Positions 25,167 through 38,720 of a stretch of DNA of 64,000 nucleotides are shown piece after piece. The notes below the pieces were generated by a model, which was given only the letters and a program-made list of their open reading frames with translations, searched no databases and was not told where the DNA came from. The position numbers and the translations under genes were made by a program. This stretch comes from Orbicella franksi (taxonomy: Eukaryota): positions 18,724,001 to 18,788,000 of the forward strand of contig OZ116710.1 of NCBI GenBank assembly GCA_964199315.1, written 5' to 3'. Numbering within the stretch: position 1 is the first letter of the stretch; every line of letters starts with the position of its first letter.

Positions 25167-25933
25167 AAACTAGAGAAGAAACTAGGGAAACCACTGTCTA
25201 CCTCATAGTCTTCAAAACTGTTGAATAATAATTGAATAATTAATAACTATCGAATAAGTATATAATAATTAATACAATCGAAACCATCCATACCGACAGC
25301 TCTATATTGTGACAGACAGATAAGAGAAACTAAAATTTATCTCTGCCTTCATAATAATACGAAAGGCCTATACGATACGGCCACGCAGACCAGCTCTGCT
25401 CCTTTTCGAGACCGTCGTTTGAACATAGGTTTAAGAATTTAACATCCGATCAGCCCTGAAGCAACATAAAGGAGTTCTGTTTTACGTCTTAGTACTTCAT
25501 ATATAACTTCTGATTCATCTCCCTTACAGGAGATTTTCCCTTACATGATATATGGTGCCTTACGGTAGAAGGCCCTTTGAGGAGTGCTAGTACAGGCTGC
25601 TTCAAGGGAGGTGTCACCCATTACAGAATTCACTTTGAGTAGTTTGGCTGCTTGAGAGAAATTTGTGGTAATTCAGTCGTATTTCCTTGTGGCCGATGTA
25701 TTGGCTCAACGGGCCATAACCTTGATTTTTAAATGCCACCTATAAAGTTACTATATATGTGAACCACTATTTTTAATCATTCATACCGCGACAGTCATAT
25801 TTCAGTCGAGTTTCTAATGGTTGCTTCATTGGTTTGGCCATAAAAACTGTTCTTTCTGCAATACTGTCTGCAATAGCGCTTGGTCTAAAAAAAAAAAAAA
25901 ACAGGAGTCCTGGTGGATAATCCTAACTTGTTC

Positions 25934-28900
25934 TCATTCAAACTGCAGCCGTCGCAGCTCGTGAGGATCGTAGTTCTGCAAATTGGTTTGGTTAGACCAC
26001 GCACCATGCTTTGCCCCGTCCATTTCTGTGGCAACCTGAAAAGAAATTAGAAGGAAACATAAACACACTTGGACAATAAAAGGAAAACTACTTTGTTTAC
26101 ATCCAAGGTTGAGCTCAAATGATCAGCTTCATCAAACCTAGCATGTTTCAATGAGAGTGAGTACTTCTCAACTTGGGATTGACGTAAAAGTTTTTCCTGA
26201 TTTTTAGCAGCGCCTTTTACTTCCCATGAACATTTTACTCCCAAACAGCTCAAGACTGGTGAAGAATTATTTCCGGTGTTCGGCTAATGTAAGACACAAC
26301 TCAGTGTACCTCATCTCCCTCCTTTATTTTAACTTTCAATTCTCCGAGACTGCCCTTCAATCTTTGTAACGGAAAAGTTCCATTTTCTGCTTAAAGCATT
26401 GATGAATTTATGGTTACGAGCACTTAGCTAAAAGCATACCACAGCGAGTCGGCACCAAACAAGTTATTGTAGTTATTGTCTGGTTAGTATACCTGATTTC
26501 CTTCAGCCAATCGGTGATCCACCCCACCAATTGTCGCGCCGCAGTCTGGGCACGATCTTTGTTGATTTGCTCCACCACATTCGCCTATGGCGTAGATATG
26601 TCCGTTTGGACACTTGTACCAGTGACCTTTAGCGAATTTCATAGCCTTGACAATCATAACACGCTCTTCGGGAGTCAAACTTTCCAATCCACACTTTCTT
26701 CGGATTTCGTTGATGGTGGCCTCTATGTCATCAGCATCTTGCTTGGTGAGTTTTTTGCCTGCGTCCAGCTGCTTCCGCTGTCTTCCTAACCATTCTTCGT
26801 CATCGAATCGGACATCAATGGAGCGCTTCTTGATCTGACACTGAACAACGCGAATCTTCAGAAATAGACCCACACAGACGACTTCATCCCTAATGTCAGT
26901 CAGACTCTGGGAAGAGATTTGAAACTTCATCAGGCTTTCTTCTAGATGATTAAGCTTTTCGTCAACTTCTGTTGCTGCTTGAAGGAACATCTGATCAAGG
27001 GCAGTTTGATTTTCACTGGGTGGTATAAGTACTCCATAGCAAGTATTTCTTAGCAGGTCTTTCTTGATTTTTTCTCTTATCTTGTATATTTGCGTCAGTA
27101 ACTTAATCTGGTTTTTTATCGTGTTGAGCTCGGCCATGGTTTTCCTCTGCTGCAACCAGCTCCATAAGATATCGTAGCTCGAAGTGCCTAGTGCCGTGTG
27201 TGTTAGCTCTTCGCCTTCTTCTTCCTCGGCGTCACTTTCGGAAAAGGTCTCAGGCGACGCCTTCCTTGACTGAACATCAGGATACTCTCGCAGAAGAGAG
27301 CGAGTTTTCTTTTTCAATTTTGCTGTCAATTCTTGATATTGTTCTTCCTCTTCGTTCAGTCTTTCTTTGACCATTTCGACATCTGCCAACTTTTCTTTGA
27401 CAATGTCAGCATATCGGTAGCTGATCCGAATGGGGGTCTTGCACTTCGGACATTCCTTCAACTTGATATCATCAGTTTCGCCGTCTTTGTCCATCCAGTA
27501 ATCCAACGCTGTAACCTCAAACACGTGTCCACAGTCCAACAGTTCGATAAACCTCGCGTCTTCGTCCTCTTCCGTTCCAAAGAAAACCTCGGTAACCTGG
27601 TCTTTATGGCAAATTCCGCACAACCTGGGGCATGGTTCCCCGCAAAGACCGATACATGGGTGGTTGAAATTACACAGGCTCGAGCCTCTTAACAGTCTCT
27701 TCTTGCACGGCTCGTTACATCGAGGACGGTTGCACTTCTCACCACAAAGCTTCGTGCACTTGAAGTGTGGGCAAATCCACGAACACCTCTCCTACAAAAA
27801 AAGAGATCAACTAAAAATCAGCTTTAACGTTGAAGAGGCATTACTATTCTATTTCGGCATAGACTTTATCCATACTAGAATAGGGGCACATCCATGCTTA
27901 TGACAGGTTTGAGCAAATATGTTCGTTTTAAAACTCTTGAATGATAGAAGTTAAATTTCAAGGATCTGCCTAAGAAGCAGAACATCGTAGGTCACCGACT
28001 TTGCGAAAAGCGACACTGCGAAAAGCGGAAATCAAGCGGAAACAGCGAACGCCTTAGGAGGCGATTTTTGCAGGATATCGAGCAAATATTGGTGTAGCGC
28101 CGAAAATTAGTCTTACTTTTCATTTTCCGATTTTGTGCGCACATATCTTTATACTAACCCTGCAAGGCGTACAAGGTTCCATACACTGTTTGGGACATTT
28201 GCTGTGAATGCATCGGTTCTCACATTTCTCCGGACAAGGTGGACAGTTTTTCGTGCAAGGCTCTTCACAAAGGTGTAGGCAAACTCGTATTCTTTCGCAG
28301 TCGGCTTCGCAAGGAACGTGCATTCTTCCCTGCCTGCATTTACCGCAGTTTCCAACGCACTGGTGTTGACATTCCAAAATTGCACGACAAGGCTCTTCAC
28401 AGTGATAACTTTCTGACAGCTCCCAGCAAGGCTTTTCAATTTGATGACCACAATCAAATTCCCTCTTGATATTTCTCGGACATTGGAAAGAAGTGCATTC
28501 TTCCCAGCACTTTCCGGGACAGAGGTGACCACATGGCAGGAATTCCAGACACTTCTTCTGGCACTTGAATGTCTCCACAGGCGTTCCACACGGTACAATC
28601 TGCTTGTGACCACATTTTGGGATCTCCTTTTCTACTTCTACTGGGCAGCCAGGGCAATCTTCGCCAAAGTGGCACTTTCTGTTGCATCTGGTTTGGTGCT
28701 CAGAGCACAGTTCCATTGGACAGTCTTTTTGGCATTTGTACAACGAATGCTCACTGTCATCAGGATGACACACTCTTTCACAACCATGACCACAAGGAAG
28801 GCGAAACGTGCATGGCAGGATACATCCTCCTTCTGGCGCTTTCTTGAAGTCGTCTACATCCTTTGCATGGATTACTCGCTCTGGGTGGTTACTGCAAACC

Positions 28901-31900
28901 AACTCCAACGACTTTCCTATGGCATCTTGTTCTTTCATCTCTTTGACGACACGTCTCCACAGTTCACTTTTCTCAGCTAACAAGGCGAAGTTGCCAATAC
29001 AATAGAGACCTTTACGAGCTCGAGACAAAGCAACACAGACTCGATTTCTAACAGCCAAAAAGCCAATCTTCTTCTTGCTATTGGATCTAACCAAGGAGAG
29101 CAAAATAATGTCGTTCTCTTCACCTTGGAAGTTGTCCACAGCTGTGACTCTGACACCTTCAAATTTAGTTTTGGGCATCGTCTTCTTCAGGGTCAAAAGC
29201 TGACCAGTGTACATTGTCAACACAGTTATCTTTTGGGGCTCGTACCCTTGCAAAATCAAGTACTCGCACAGGGCTGCAATGTATTCTGCTTCATGCTTGT
29301 TTGAATGGCTCTTGAGTTTGTCATTTATTTCACTTTCATCTTCAGGAAATCGGTGATCGATAAAGTAAATGTTCTTGGACACACCTCTGACATCTTCATA
29401 TTCATGCACAGACTCATGATCTTGAAGGTCTTCGTAGATAAATTGCATCAGTCTCGAAATCTCAGGTCTCATACGATGCTGAGTGTTTAGCTGGTAACAC
29501 TGCATTCCGCTGTTCACCATTCTTTCAAACAACGACACGTCAAGGTTGTACTCCCTTGCTAGAGCGTACACGGTCGGGTTTGGCCTCAGTTGCTTGTGAT
29601 CACCAATGAGAATCAAATGCTGTGTTCCTTTTGTTAAGGAAGTTATAATGTGAGCTTCCAAGACTTCAGCTGCTTCCTCAACAACAACGATTGTCGGTTT
29701 TATTTCTTCTAAGATGACGCGGTACTTTGCAGCACCAGTTGTGGTCATGCCAATTACCACAGCTTCTCTCAGTGCTTGGAGCTCTTCGTGGTCCTTTACC
29801 TCTGTGAAGCGTTTGCAGATGCCTTCATATTCTTGACTCTTTTTAAAAATTTCCTCTCGGCAGTTGAGCTGGAAAATTCGAAGCCAAAACAAATAGAGCC
29901 TCCAACGGTCCTCAATGGAAAGTCTCCCAACGTGTTGAACATTGGCAACCTGGGCTGGGGCAAGAGGTTGAAGCTTGGATTCACCTCGAAGAACCTTCAA
30001 ATGATCTTTTGAGAGTCCGGAAAGTTGCATTTTGCCGTGATTAGCATTCTTCTGTCCTCCTACGATCTGGAACTGATTTTCACCCAGCAGACGTTGGTTT
30101 TGAACAATGTCAGCATCTTTGTCTACTTCAATGTTTTCTTCAGTGTCTTCATTTGCATCCTCAATGGCAAAATCATTTTCACCTGTCACAGATTCGGCAG
30201 GTGGACTCTCCTGCGAAGAGCTCGCCGGGCCGGAATTCTTCAAACCAAGCCAGCTTTGAATTACAGATCTTCCTTGCAAGTTAAAAGTGTTCTCTTCCGC
30301 TTTAAGCTGTTCAAAGTGACTCCGGCCAACAAAGTGCTGCAGATCTTTGAGAGTTAAAATTTTCTGCTTGCTGTTCGTTAGCCGATAAGTAGCTCGCTCG
30401 ATGGCGTCTTGACACTTGGTCATTTCTACTTTGAGGCGACGTTTAATATCTGAGGACGTTGTGTACTCTTGTAAGTTGTACCTTTGCAGACTTTCTGAAG
30501 AACTCCTTCCACCAACACGTATAATTCCTGTTTGCTGGAATGTCAACACCCCTTCCAAAAACTGATCCAAGGCGTGGTTTGTATAACACACCATCAGCAT
30601 GGCAGACTTTTTCTCTGCGTCCCAGACATGCCTGTTGTCGAGAAGGGCCCTGACAATCTTCAAACCAACGTACGTTTTACCTGATAAGAAGCAAATTAAA
30701 GAAAAAGTCAATTTTAAAATTAAATAGGATTTAAACGTGTTAGTTCATAACACAAAAACACAACACAACGACAGAGTAAAACACCATACGTTCACAGAGA
30801 AAATGGGCGAGCTCGATGGCCTTAAACTCTACGTTTTATTATTAGAAGAAATGGAAAATGGCACACTTGTTAGCATAACCGGATGGAAACGTCTGAAATA
30901 CCAGGAAAACTGACTTTGGAAAAATTCCAAAGGTTTGTGTCAGAAACCCTCATCGACCCTCGGATTTAAGTATAAGTATTTTCGGATTTTAGATATAAGT
31001 ATTCTCACATTTTCCCAAATTTTCCCTCCAGTGTTTTGCATCAGCCAATGTCAGCATGAATCGATCGTTTTCTTTCGTACAGTAAAGCTTACGAAACAAA
31101 TTGTTTGTATTTTCTAACGTGCGTTCAATCTATATCATAAAGCCACAAACGTATTGACGAATGTGGCATTAACCCACTTCAACAAATTATAAGAGATTTC
31201 TGTTTTCTGTGGTCACAATAGCCAAAGTGTGCGAAAACGGGTCTTCATTCAAGTCAATAGCAACGTAATAGTACCTGTCCCAGGAGGGCCTTGTATGACT
31301 GAAAACTCTTTTGTAAGGGCACCTTTCAATGACTCAAGCTGCGACTCGTTCAAGTTAACATCATCAGCGTGGGGCCAGGACCGAAGATCGCAAATGGACA
31401 CTTTGTTGGCACCGTCTATATCAGGCACACCAAGGGTCTCTCCCAGGTCGTACTGTACTTGTCTTCTCGATTTCCTGCTTCTAAGGTACTGCGGGGGCTT
31501 CACATCAGCGTTACAGTGGACAAGGTACTCTTGGAAGGGGAATGAATCAGGAGCAATCTGCTTCAGTTGCTGCAGAATGGGTCGGTAGGCCTCAAAATAA
31601 GCTGGAGATTCCACCATCACGTAGTTATCCCGCGTCCTTTGGGTGGCTTCAAAACTGTCAACGAAACGAATGTCCAGCCTTCCGGACCTGAGGTCTTCGG
31701 GTTTGCGATTTGCTACCGTGGCAAAGAGCATTGTTTTAAAGTTATCCTTTGACAGGCAAAGAAATGATCCAAACAGCAAGCGCTTGGAATGCTCCCATGG
31801 GATCTTCCGGAGGCTTCTCATGTCTAAATGAATGCAGTGAACGATGCCGGCTCTCGTGCAAACAGTGTTCATAATCTCCACATTTTCATAGATGTACAAA

Positions 31901-34119
31901 TTTTGAGATCGATCTTCTTTGGGGATTTTCTTGGTGATTTCTCTGATTCCCTCGCGTAGCGGGGCAACAAAATCTTCGCGAAGGAGACGAAACTGGACAT
32001 CCAGGTAATCATTTAGATCTTTGTATTTCTCCGTTTTCTCAGTCTTGTTTCGGCGTAAAAATGGTTTCTCCTCCGAGCGAATCTCTTTCTCGTTAGGATA
32101 AATGGAGATTCCTTTGAAGTCATCTGGAGGGGGTGGCTCAACTTCTTGTCTTTTTGCTTTTTTCGGGGGCTGTGCCATTTTCCTTTCTTCCTTAACGAGT
32201 TCGCGTCTTTTTACCAAAAGGGTTTCTACCTCTTTCCTAAACTCCTCGATTCTTTTCACATCAATTTCCTTTAGGATTCCACCAAAGTGGTCGATGGGAA
32301 CATCTGACGAGAATGAGCGAGGGAATCTAACAAGCCATTCTTTGAAGAAAGTCACCAAGCATTCCACAAGTACACCGAATTCGGATTCAGTCTCCATTTC
32401 CTCCTGTATCATTGGGAGATTTAAGATGTACTTTGGCAAGTGGGTACACATAAAGGCGGATCCCTTACAAATCGACAGCACCTCAATCAGATTGTGCGTC
32501 ATATGGGTGTGGCACATCTTGCCCAAGATCTCCACAAGTAGTGTCATCCAATCTTCCTTGATATCCTCAGCTTTTACTAACATTTCGAAACTTTCGCGGT
32601 ACTGAAGAAGACTCGCAGCCATTTCTGAAGGCTCTGTAGATCGTAACTCCCGCAATTTTCGATAGCCAAGACGAGGGCCTTTTTGTCTGCCCACTTGTTG
32701 TGGTTCGTGAAGTGCTCTTCCATGGTCACCTTTAAGACAATTACAGACGAACATCCAACATTTAGCACCCTTAAGTAACACCCTTGTTAGTAAAGTTTGT
32801 ACATAAAGTCTGAGATCATTCCCGTGTCATAAACTATTTGCCTGAATTGAGAATACTATAAATTGAAATTGGATCTGTAACTTTAGCTGCTGCACATAAA
32901 GATGACCTATCTAACAAAATTACTTTGAACTTACCCAGGAAAAAAAGTGAAACGTTTCTTCTGGAAGGACCTCCGAGTTTTGCAAAGAAATCACTGCATA
33001 TAAATATCTGAGTGTCAATGCCGTGTTCTTCTCACTGGGGTACTGACCAGTTTAGTCTTTTTGGGATAGGTAGAGTCACCTTCAGAATTGGACCTTATTT
33101 TGCTTCCATTTCAAGTCAGACTCACATTTTCCATAGACTTTTACTTTTTTTCTGCTGAAAGCTGTTTTAATCCACCTACCCATCTTCATGCACTGAGATC
33201 AAAGTTGCTTCTGTTCAGTACATGACATTTCACAAATGAGAACTTGCATCTAAATGCTTTAATTTGTAAAGAAAACAGCCATTTAACTATGGCATGTAAT
33301 TGAAGCGTGCAGTTATGTTTACAGCAAATAGCAGATTGATGCTCTGTTGTATAACACAAGACACTTAGTTAAGCTGTATAATTCAACATAAACGAAGCTA
33401 AAAATTAAAGTTGGTATAACAGTTCTCCAAGTATCCTAAATGGGCGATAATGTTGTGTTGATACAGTAGGAAGAATTCGGATATTTGATATCTCTTGATA
33501 TCGAGCCCAAAAAACACGCGAGATCGCGTGACTTTTGAATGGTAAAATGTAATTTAGTCCGCTTTGGCCATGACGATGTTTTCTCGCTGTATAAGAACTT
33601 CTTGCTGCTTGGAAAGAGACAATAATATAAATATACGCTTGATAGTTCTTCCAAGCGGTGAGATGATCCCGTCGAAATAATAATTAACTGATTGTGAGCA
33701 CAAGTGATTGCTTTAATTTCCAAAGGTATGTGATTCTTTGGCGGCATATCTTGAAGTGAATCCGAATGTAATATTCTATTCCCACTTTACATCGTTTTTC
33801 AGTTCAGTCGTTTCATTATAAAATCGAATCAAGAGGCTAAACTGAGAATTGCTGAAGTTGTAAACAGTGGTTGACTCGATCAGGCGGAAAAGATCTGACA
33901 GAAATTAAAATGTAATGGTATCACAGAGCTTTACTGATCCGGTGAAGAGCTTTGTGAAGATGTAGTAGAGGACTGCAGTGCCGTAAGCTCGTCCTTGCAA
34001 ATGCATTTAGATTAAAACTACAACAGATTACCTGTTCCTGTGTTTATGTATGGAGGTCTACTCCTTCCTCTTCCACCTCTTCCACGGCCCCTTCCTCTAC
34101 CGAAATTTTTCGTTTCCAT
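25934..34119 (-). CDS. ZNFX1: NFX1-type zinc finger-containing protein 1 (UPF1-like SF1 RNA helicase, NF-X1 zinc fingers, RING-like and RZ finger), 5 coding exons, 1821 aa
   Basis: Exons 34119-34032, 32729-31275, 30680-28159, 27791-26493, 26035-25934; GT-AG, phase-consistent, 5466 nt. Motifs: LGYRKL..., DYLDVQFRLLREDFVAPLREGI, GPPGTG|KT, VEEAAEV, LIGDHKQLRP, QHRM, VDNFQGEE, NRVCVALSRAR, Cys-rich NF-X1 repeats, LDCGHVFE...CPKCKTPI, RZ finger WYKCPNGHIYAIGECGG...CPDC, terminal EMDGAKHGAWS. Confidence 0.95.
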
Positions 34120-35732
34120 GAGTTTCTATGAAGTTGCTTCCAGTTGACTCCCTCCTGTACCAGAAATTATATCGCCGTTTTGGACTCAATATTCACAAAA
34201 ACATCAGGTTTATCCTAACATTTTGAAAGAGAAATAATTTTGTAAAGAAATATGTTAGCCATGTTGGCGACGCTTTCTCGGAAAACAAGGAAATGTTTTT
34301 GAGCACCAGTCACTGTTGCATGACATGATTTGATTGGTCGATGAACACAAAGCTGTCTCAGACATGCTGTGTGAAACGTATTGGAATGGAATGGATTATC
34401 TCATTGGATGTACGGAATACGACAGGAAAGAGTAAAGTGAAATAGACAAATAGCCCTACGCTTTTTTTTACATAAAAGAGACAGTTACTTGGGGCTTTTC
34501 TAGTCGTGTGACAGAAGTAGAGTTGACTTTTTCTGTTTATACAGAGACTACAAAGAATTAGAGCACAGAAATGAGGCACCAGTGCGAAAATAAGATTGCA
34601 GTTTCCTTGTACTTTTTCTGAAGTGCCAACACCATGGAAAATGTTTCGAAAAAAGCGTAAAACGTGAAAATCTATTTATGATGATCATGTACTGGAGGGC
34701 GAGATGCCTCCCCGCCAGTACTATTTCCCTTGGGCAATTCGTGTTCGTTTACATGAAGATACTGTGGTCGATTTTTCAGGTAACCATGCTGTATCCTTGA
34801 ACTAATGTACCTCGCTAGATATGGTGAAGTTTGTTTCGTTTTTGTGCGGACAGGGAGTTAGACAAAGGTAAAGAAAGCAAGGAAATCATGTCTGAATGCA
34901 GCAGTTACAGTGTAGAAAAACTGAGAGAAGAGCTATGATTATCTAGGGGAGCAAAGAGTTGAAGTGAAAATGTTCTTTTAGCTTCTTACAAATTGCTGCT
35001 GCAGAATTCAGGCGACTATAAACTTATCTCTTATATTCTTATCTACCCTCTATCAAAGAGTTGAATTAATCACTGAAATGGTAGGGGTAGAAGCAGCACT
35101 AAAGTTGTTTTGATGGCTTCTTTTGCTTCTGGATGGGCTTTTACAATCATGGTACTACTCATCAGAAGCATATAGTTTATGCATTGTTCATTATACACTG
35201 TTATACAGCGAGGTACGTGGGGGTGGGGTGGGAAAGAGCTCTCGAAGTAACACTGATGCTCACCATGACTTAACTGGTTGAAAATCCTTTTATTGAACTG
35301 CTTGAGGGGTTATTACAGTTGCTACTTTTCTGGAGTATCTTATTGAACAGCACTGACATTTTAATGTTAAAAGTATTTTTCATTTGGAGCATTCTTGAAA
35401 AATCTGTATAAGTACAAGTTCTTGAAGGGTGTTTGGAGACCTGAAATAGTGAATGGCAAAAATCATTATGGCATATGGTCCAAGTAGTCACGGTTTGCCT
35501 GAATTACAACTATATTACAGTCTAAAATATATACATGTAGTACTAAGTGGACAGCAGCTCGCTCTCAATAATTACATGGGTAACTCTGTGTTACCCTTAC
35601 ACAAGCTAACCACCGTTGAGTTGTTCAGGCTAACTGGCTAACAAGGGAATTGCGAAGCCACTTAGACTGACTGGAGTGCTATTTAATTTTCCAGTAATGC
35701 TGTTCAGGGGGCTACGGTATTGTAACCATGAC

Positions 35733-36544
35733 GGATCATTTGTACTTAAGGCATCTGTCGGTTCAGTATCGGTCAATACTATTGGCCGATATATATAGAC
35801 TGACAGTCGGTCGACATATTAGCTGATATGTAGTCGATATGTTGACTGAGAGTCGGCTGAGTGTAGGTCAACATGTTGTTCAAGTTAATAGAACGACGGT
35901 CGACTCTATCAGTTGGTATGTCGGCCAACACTAGGCCAACACCCCAACTGACATGTTGCAATCAACAGTCGCTGGTGTATCGGTCGACTGTTGGTGGTAT
36001 CAGTGTATTGTTAACTGTTGTTTTGCTGAAATAGCAGCCATCTCCTCACTCACAGGAGATGCGAAAGAAGAATCTCTATCGTCTATGCTCATATGTTGAT
36101 AGCGTGAGGATGCAGCTCAAACTGCTGTCATTTCGAATACATATCTAATGCAACTTGAGGTCTCAACAAGCATAGCTGAAAAAAACAGTCTTTGAGGTAG
36201 ATGAATGTTGCCAGTATGTTAAGTCAAAAATGGACGAGGGCCACCGAAAGACCATCTCAAACGGCTGGAGAAGATTATTTAATATTTGAGTAGAGAAGAA
36301 AGAAGTCAGTAACAAGAGCTGACCATCGGTCTATATAATATTTGAGTAGAGAAGAGAGAAGTCAGTAACAAGAGCCGACCAAATGAGTGTAGTGTTGGCC
36401 GAGTGTCGGTGAAGTATCGGCCGAGTGCCAGTCGATATTGGTGTTGGTCGATGTCGGTCGATATGTTCGTTGAGTGTTGGTCGACATATCGGGCAATAGT
36501 ATTAATCGATAGTGGGTGACAGATGCCTTGATTACACATGATCC
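35733..36544. mobile_element. Non-autonomous TIR element with perfect 8-bp TSD and internal gtcggtcga repeats (superfamily unresolved)
   Basis: TIR ggatcatttgtacttaaggcatctgtc / gacagatgccttgattacacatgatcc; accatgac at 35725-35732 and 36545-36552. Confidence 0.85.
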
Positions 36545-37199
36545 ACCATGACTACTACCACTTTTTGCAAATTGTTCACCACTAATCACTGTGTGCAATT
36601 CAATATTCACTTTTCGCTTATGTTTTTATGTTTTCCAGACGCTCAATCTTGTAAGAATGAAACATGAACTTTAGGCATGTCACTTGATGAATACTGTTAC
36701 ATAGGCTTTTCTTCAAAGTTTCTTAAAGAAATTTCTTTATGTTTTACTGCAGGTTACAAAGAAGAGTTGATGCAAATCTCAGACAGTTTTGTGACTTGCA
36801 GAGTACATTTCCGGAAGCCACCACTGCCACAGTCAAGTCTTTCAAACAAGGTAGCATTGAATTGCTTATTGTTTCCTAAGCAAAGCGCTTTATGATATTT
36901 GATCTTCATTTACCAAGATTTCCCATTTATTTAACAGACAAGAATCAAGTAAAGAAAGTTCTGAAGAAAGGTGTTTTGATGGACAGTGACTAGGACATTT
37001 GTATGTTCAGTTTCAGGTACATGTACATGAACTGACATATTTTTTTTTCACTTAAACCTGAACTGAATTATTTCACTTGAACACATTTTTATGCCATTTG
37101 CCTTTATATCTGTCATTAGTATTATCAACAGGGCTCTGGGTATTTTTCTTGTCGGCAGTTCACCCCATACCTGTCTTGGCCAATTAAGTCATATTACTA

Positions 37200-37490
37200 C
37201 AAAGCAGGGTGTTCCCGTTGCATCATAACATTGTCAAAGTGGCTGTGGAACCACAAGCTGCAGGTGAGTGGTTCTGCAGTAAACTTTGACAATGTTATGG
37301 CAAAATCTATCATCAATAAGAGGACAGACACATTAAAAAAACTGATGTCAATTTGTTTTTTACAATAACAAGACCCCAAAAGCCACTTGGCTCGTACGCA
37401 GACTTTACCTTACCTTACCTTACTCTTATTGATGATAAAAATGAGCCAATCAGCGTGCGAGAGATTAGACAATTATTGTAAAAAATTGTC
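37200..37490 (-). repeat. Second copy of the palindromic interspersed repeat, interrupted by a SINE 3'-tail fragment (about 37383-37422)
   Basis: cataacattgtcaaagt...actttgacaatgttatg and tgatgtcaatttgttttttacaata match 18165-18494; insert ccacttggctcgtacgcagactttacctt(acctt)n matches the SINE 3' end. Confidence 0.65.
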
Positions 37491-37967
37491 TTTATACACC
37501 TCTTAAGGTGGCTTGAGATAGTTTCCAGTACTTTCCAACACATAGATTTTGATGGGTCATTTTATTCCACTCTTAATCTGTTGATGTGACAATCATGGTA
37601 TCAAAAAACTGCCCAATGTGATGTGTTAAACATCATTCAATAGATACATTGTATGGGCACGAGAGAGAAAAAATGAAACAGCATCAGACTAGACGAGGTC
37701 ACTGAAGTGTAGTAAAATGATCAAGAGTCAATAAGGAGAAATATTTTGGTCATGGAAACTGTTTTCAGTCAGAATCACTGTGTAAGGAATCATTATAAGC
37801 AGCAACTCTTGAGGGTGTAAAGATTCATGAAATACTTGTACCTCTACTGACTAGTTTACCTAAATGGTACAAAAATGCTACCGAAGGGAAGGAGGATGTA
37901 AGGAAAGTCAATGTAGGGTTGTTCCCATACAGAACTCGGGATCGTCACAAGAAAAGTCAGGGAAAAT

Positions 37968-38270
37968 TAATAATAGTAATAATAATAATAATAATAATAA
38001 TCTTTATTGAGGAAACTTTCTCACGCACATGTGGTTTTCAAAAAGGACCTCAAAGATTGATACTAATTAATAGAACCAAAACTATGAAATTTATGAAACA
38101 CTTAAGTTAAAAAATTAAAAACCTGTCTCTTAAAAATATATACATTAGCAGAATCTTGTATTATCTGGCTGAGAGAATTAAAATCATTAACAGCGTGATA
38201 GGCAGTTCTTTGTTGTCCCCAATTCGTTCTAACGTAGGGGAATGTAAGAGTCTAAATTGAAATGTTGAGG
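37968..38270 (-). mobile_element. 5'-truncated CR1/L2-type LINE 3' end with (ATT)n tail
   Basis: - strand translates ...PYVRTNWGQQRTAYHAVNDFNSLSQIIQDSANVYIFKRQVFNF*, resembling the CR1/L2 ORF2 C-terminus, followed by a UTR, AATAAA and (ATT)n. Confidence 0.7.
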
Positions 38271-38720
38271 CCAGAAGCCATAACTAGATCTGACATTTTG
38301 TATTTATTTGGCCAGGGAAAGCTTATTTTTATCAGGGAAAAGTCAGGGAATTTTGAAAAGTGATGCTTTTGGCAACCATGGAAAGACAAATAAGAAATTG
38401 CTTACATCAAACCTCTTAGAAATCCTCCTCAAACATGTTACTATAAAATTCTGCATGTAACAACACTTATTTATTTGACATTCCCTCCCATCATCGCTAT
38501 TGGTTCAGCTTGTTTGTATCTGTTATTTTCATTGTATGTCATAACAAGTGAAATTACATTAATTTTAGGTTGCTACTTGCTGATTACTTTCAGAGTGTTG
38601 CTACTTTCGGATTGATTTATTAAAGTTAAGGAATAATTTTTGTAAAGTTTAGTGAACATAATGTAAAATGTGCACGTACATGTAACACTATTATTCCTAT
38701 TCCCCTGTACTGGAATTCCT

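Noticed and set aside
24936-25208. Similar ORFs at 24936, 40545, 40408, 41020 and 24504 (RLTARYWVPYLL..., LFAIRDYS...)
   Set aside because: Translations of the (GCGAATA)n MITE arrays, not a protein family.
25330-25660. Protein-like reading on the - strand downstream of ZNFX1 (SQAAKLLKVNSV...EVIYEVLRRKTELLYVASG)
   Set aside because: Multiple in-frame stops, no splice support, no recognisable family.
26484-26492. ZNFX1 ending at NQVY* as in the ORF track
   Set aside because: A CAG|GTATAC donor and a downstream exon encoding the conserved EMDGA..AWS tail show the ORF continues by splicing.
28149-30357. Many 60-180 aa ORFs overlapping ZNFX1 and the Ngaro ORFs on other frames or strands
   Set aside because: Shadow ORFs of long coding exons with no recognisable motifs.
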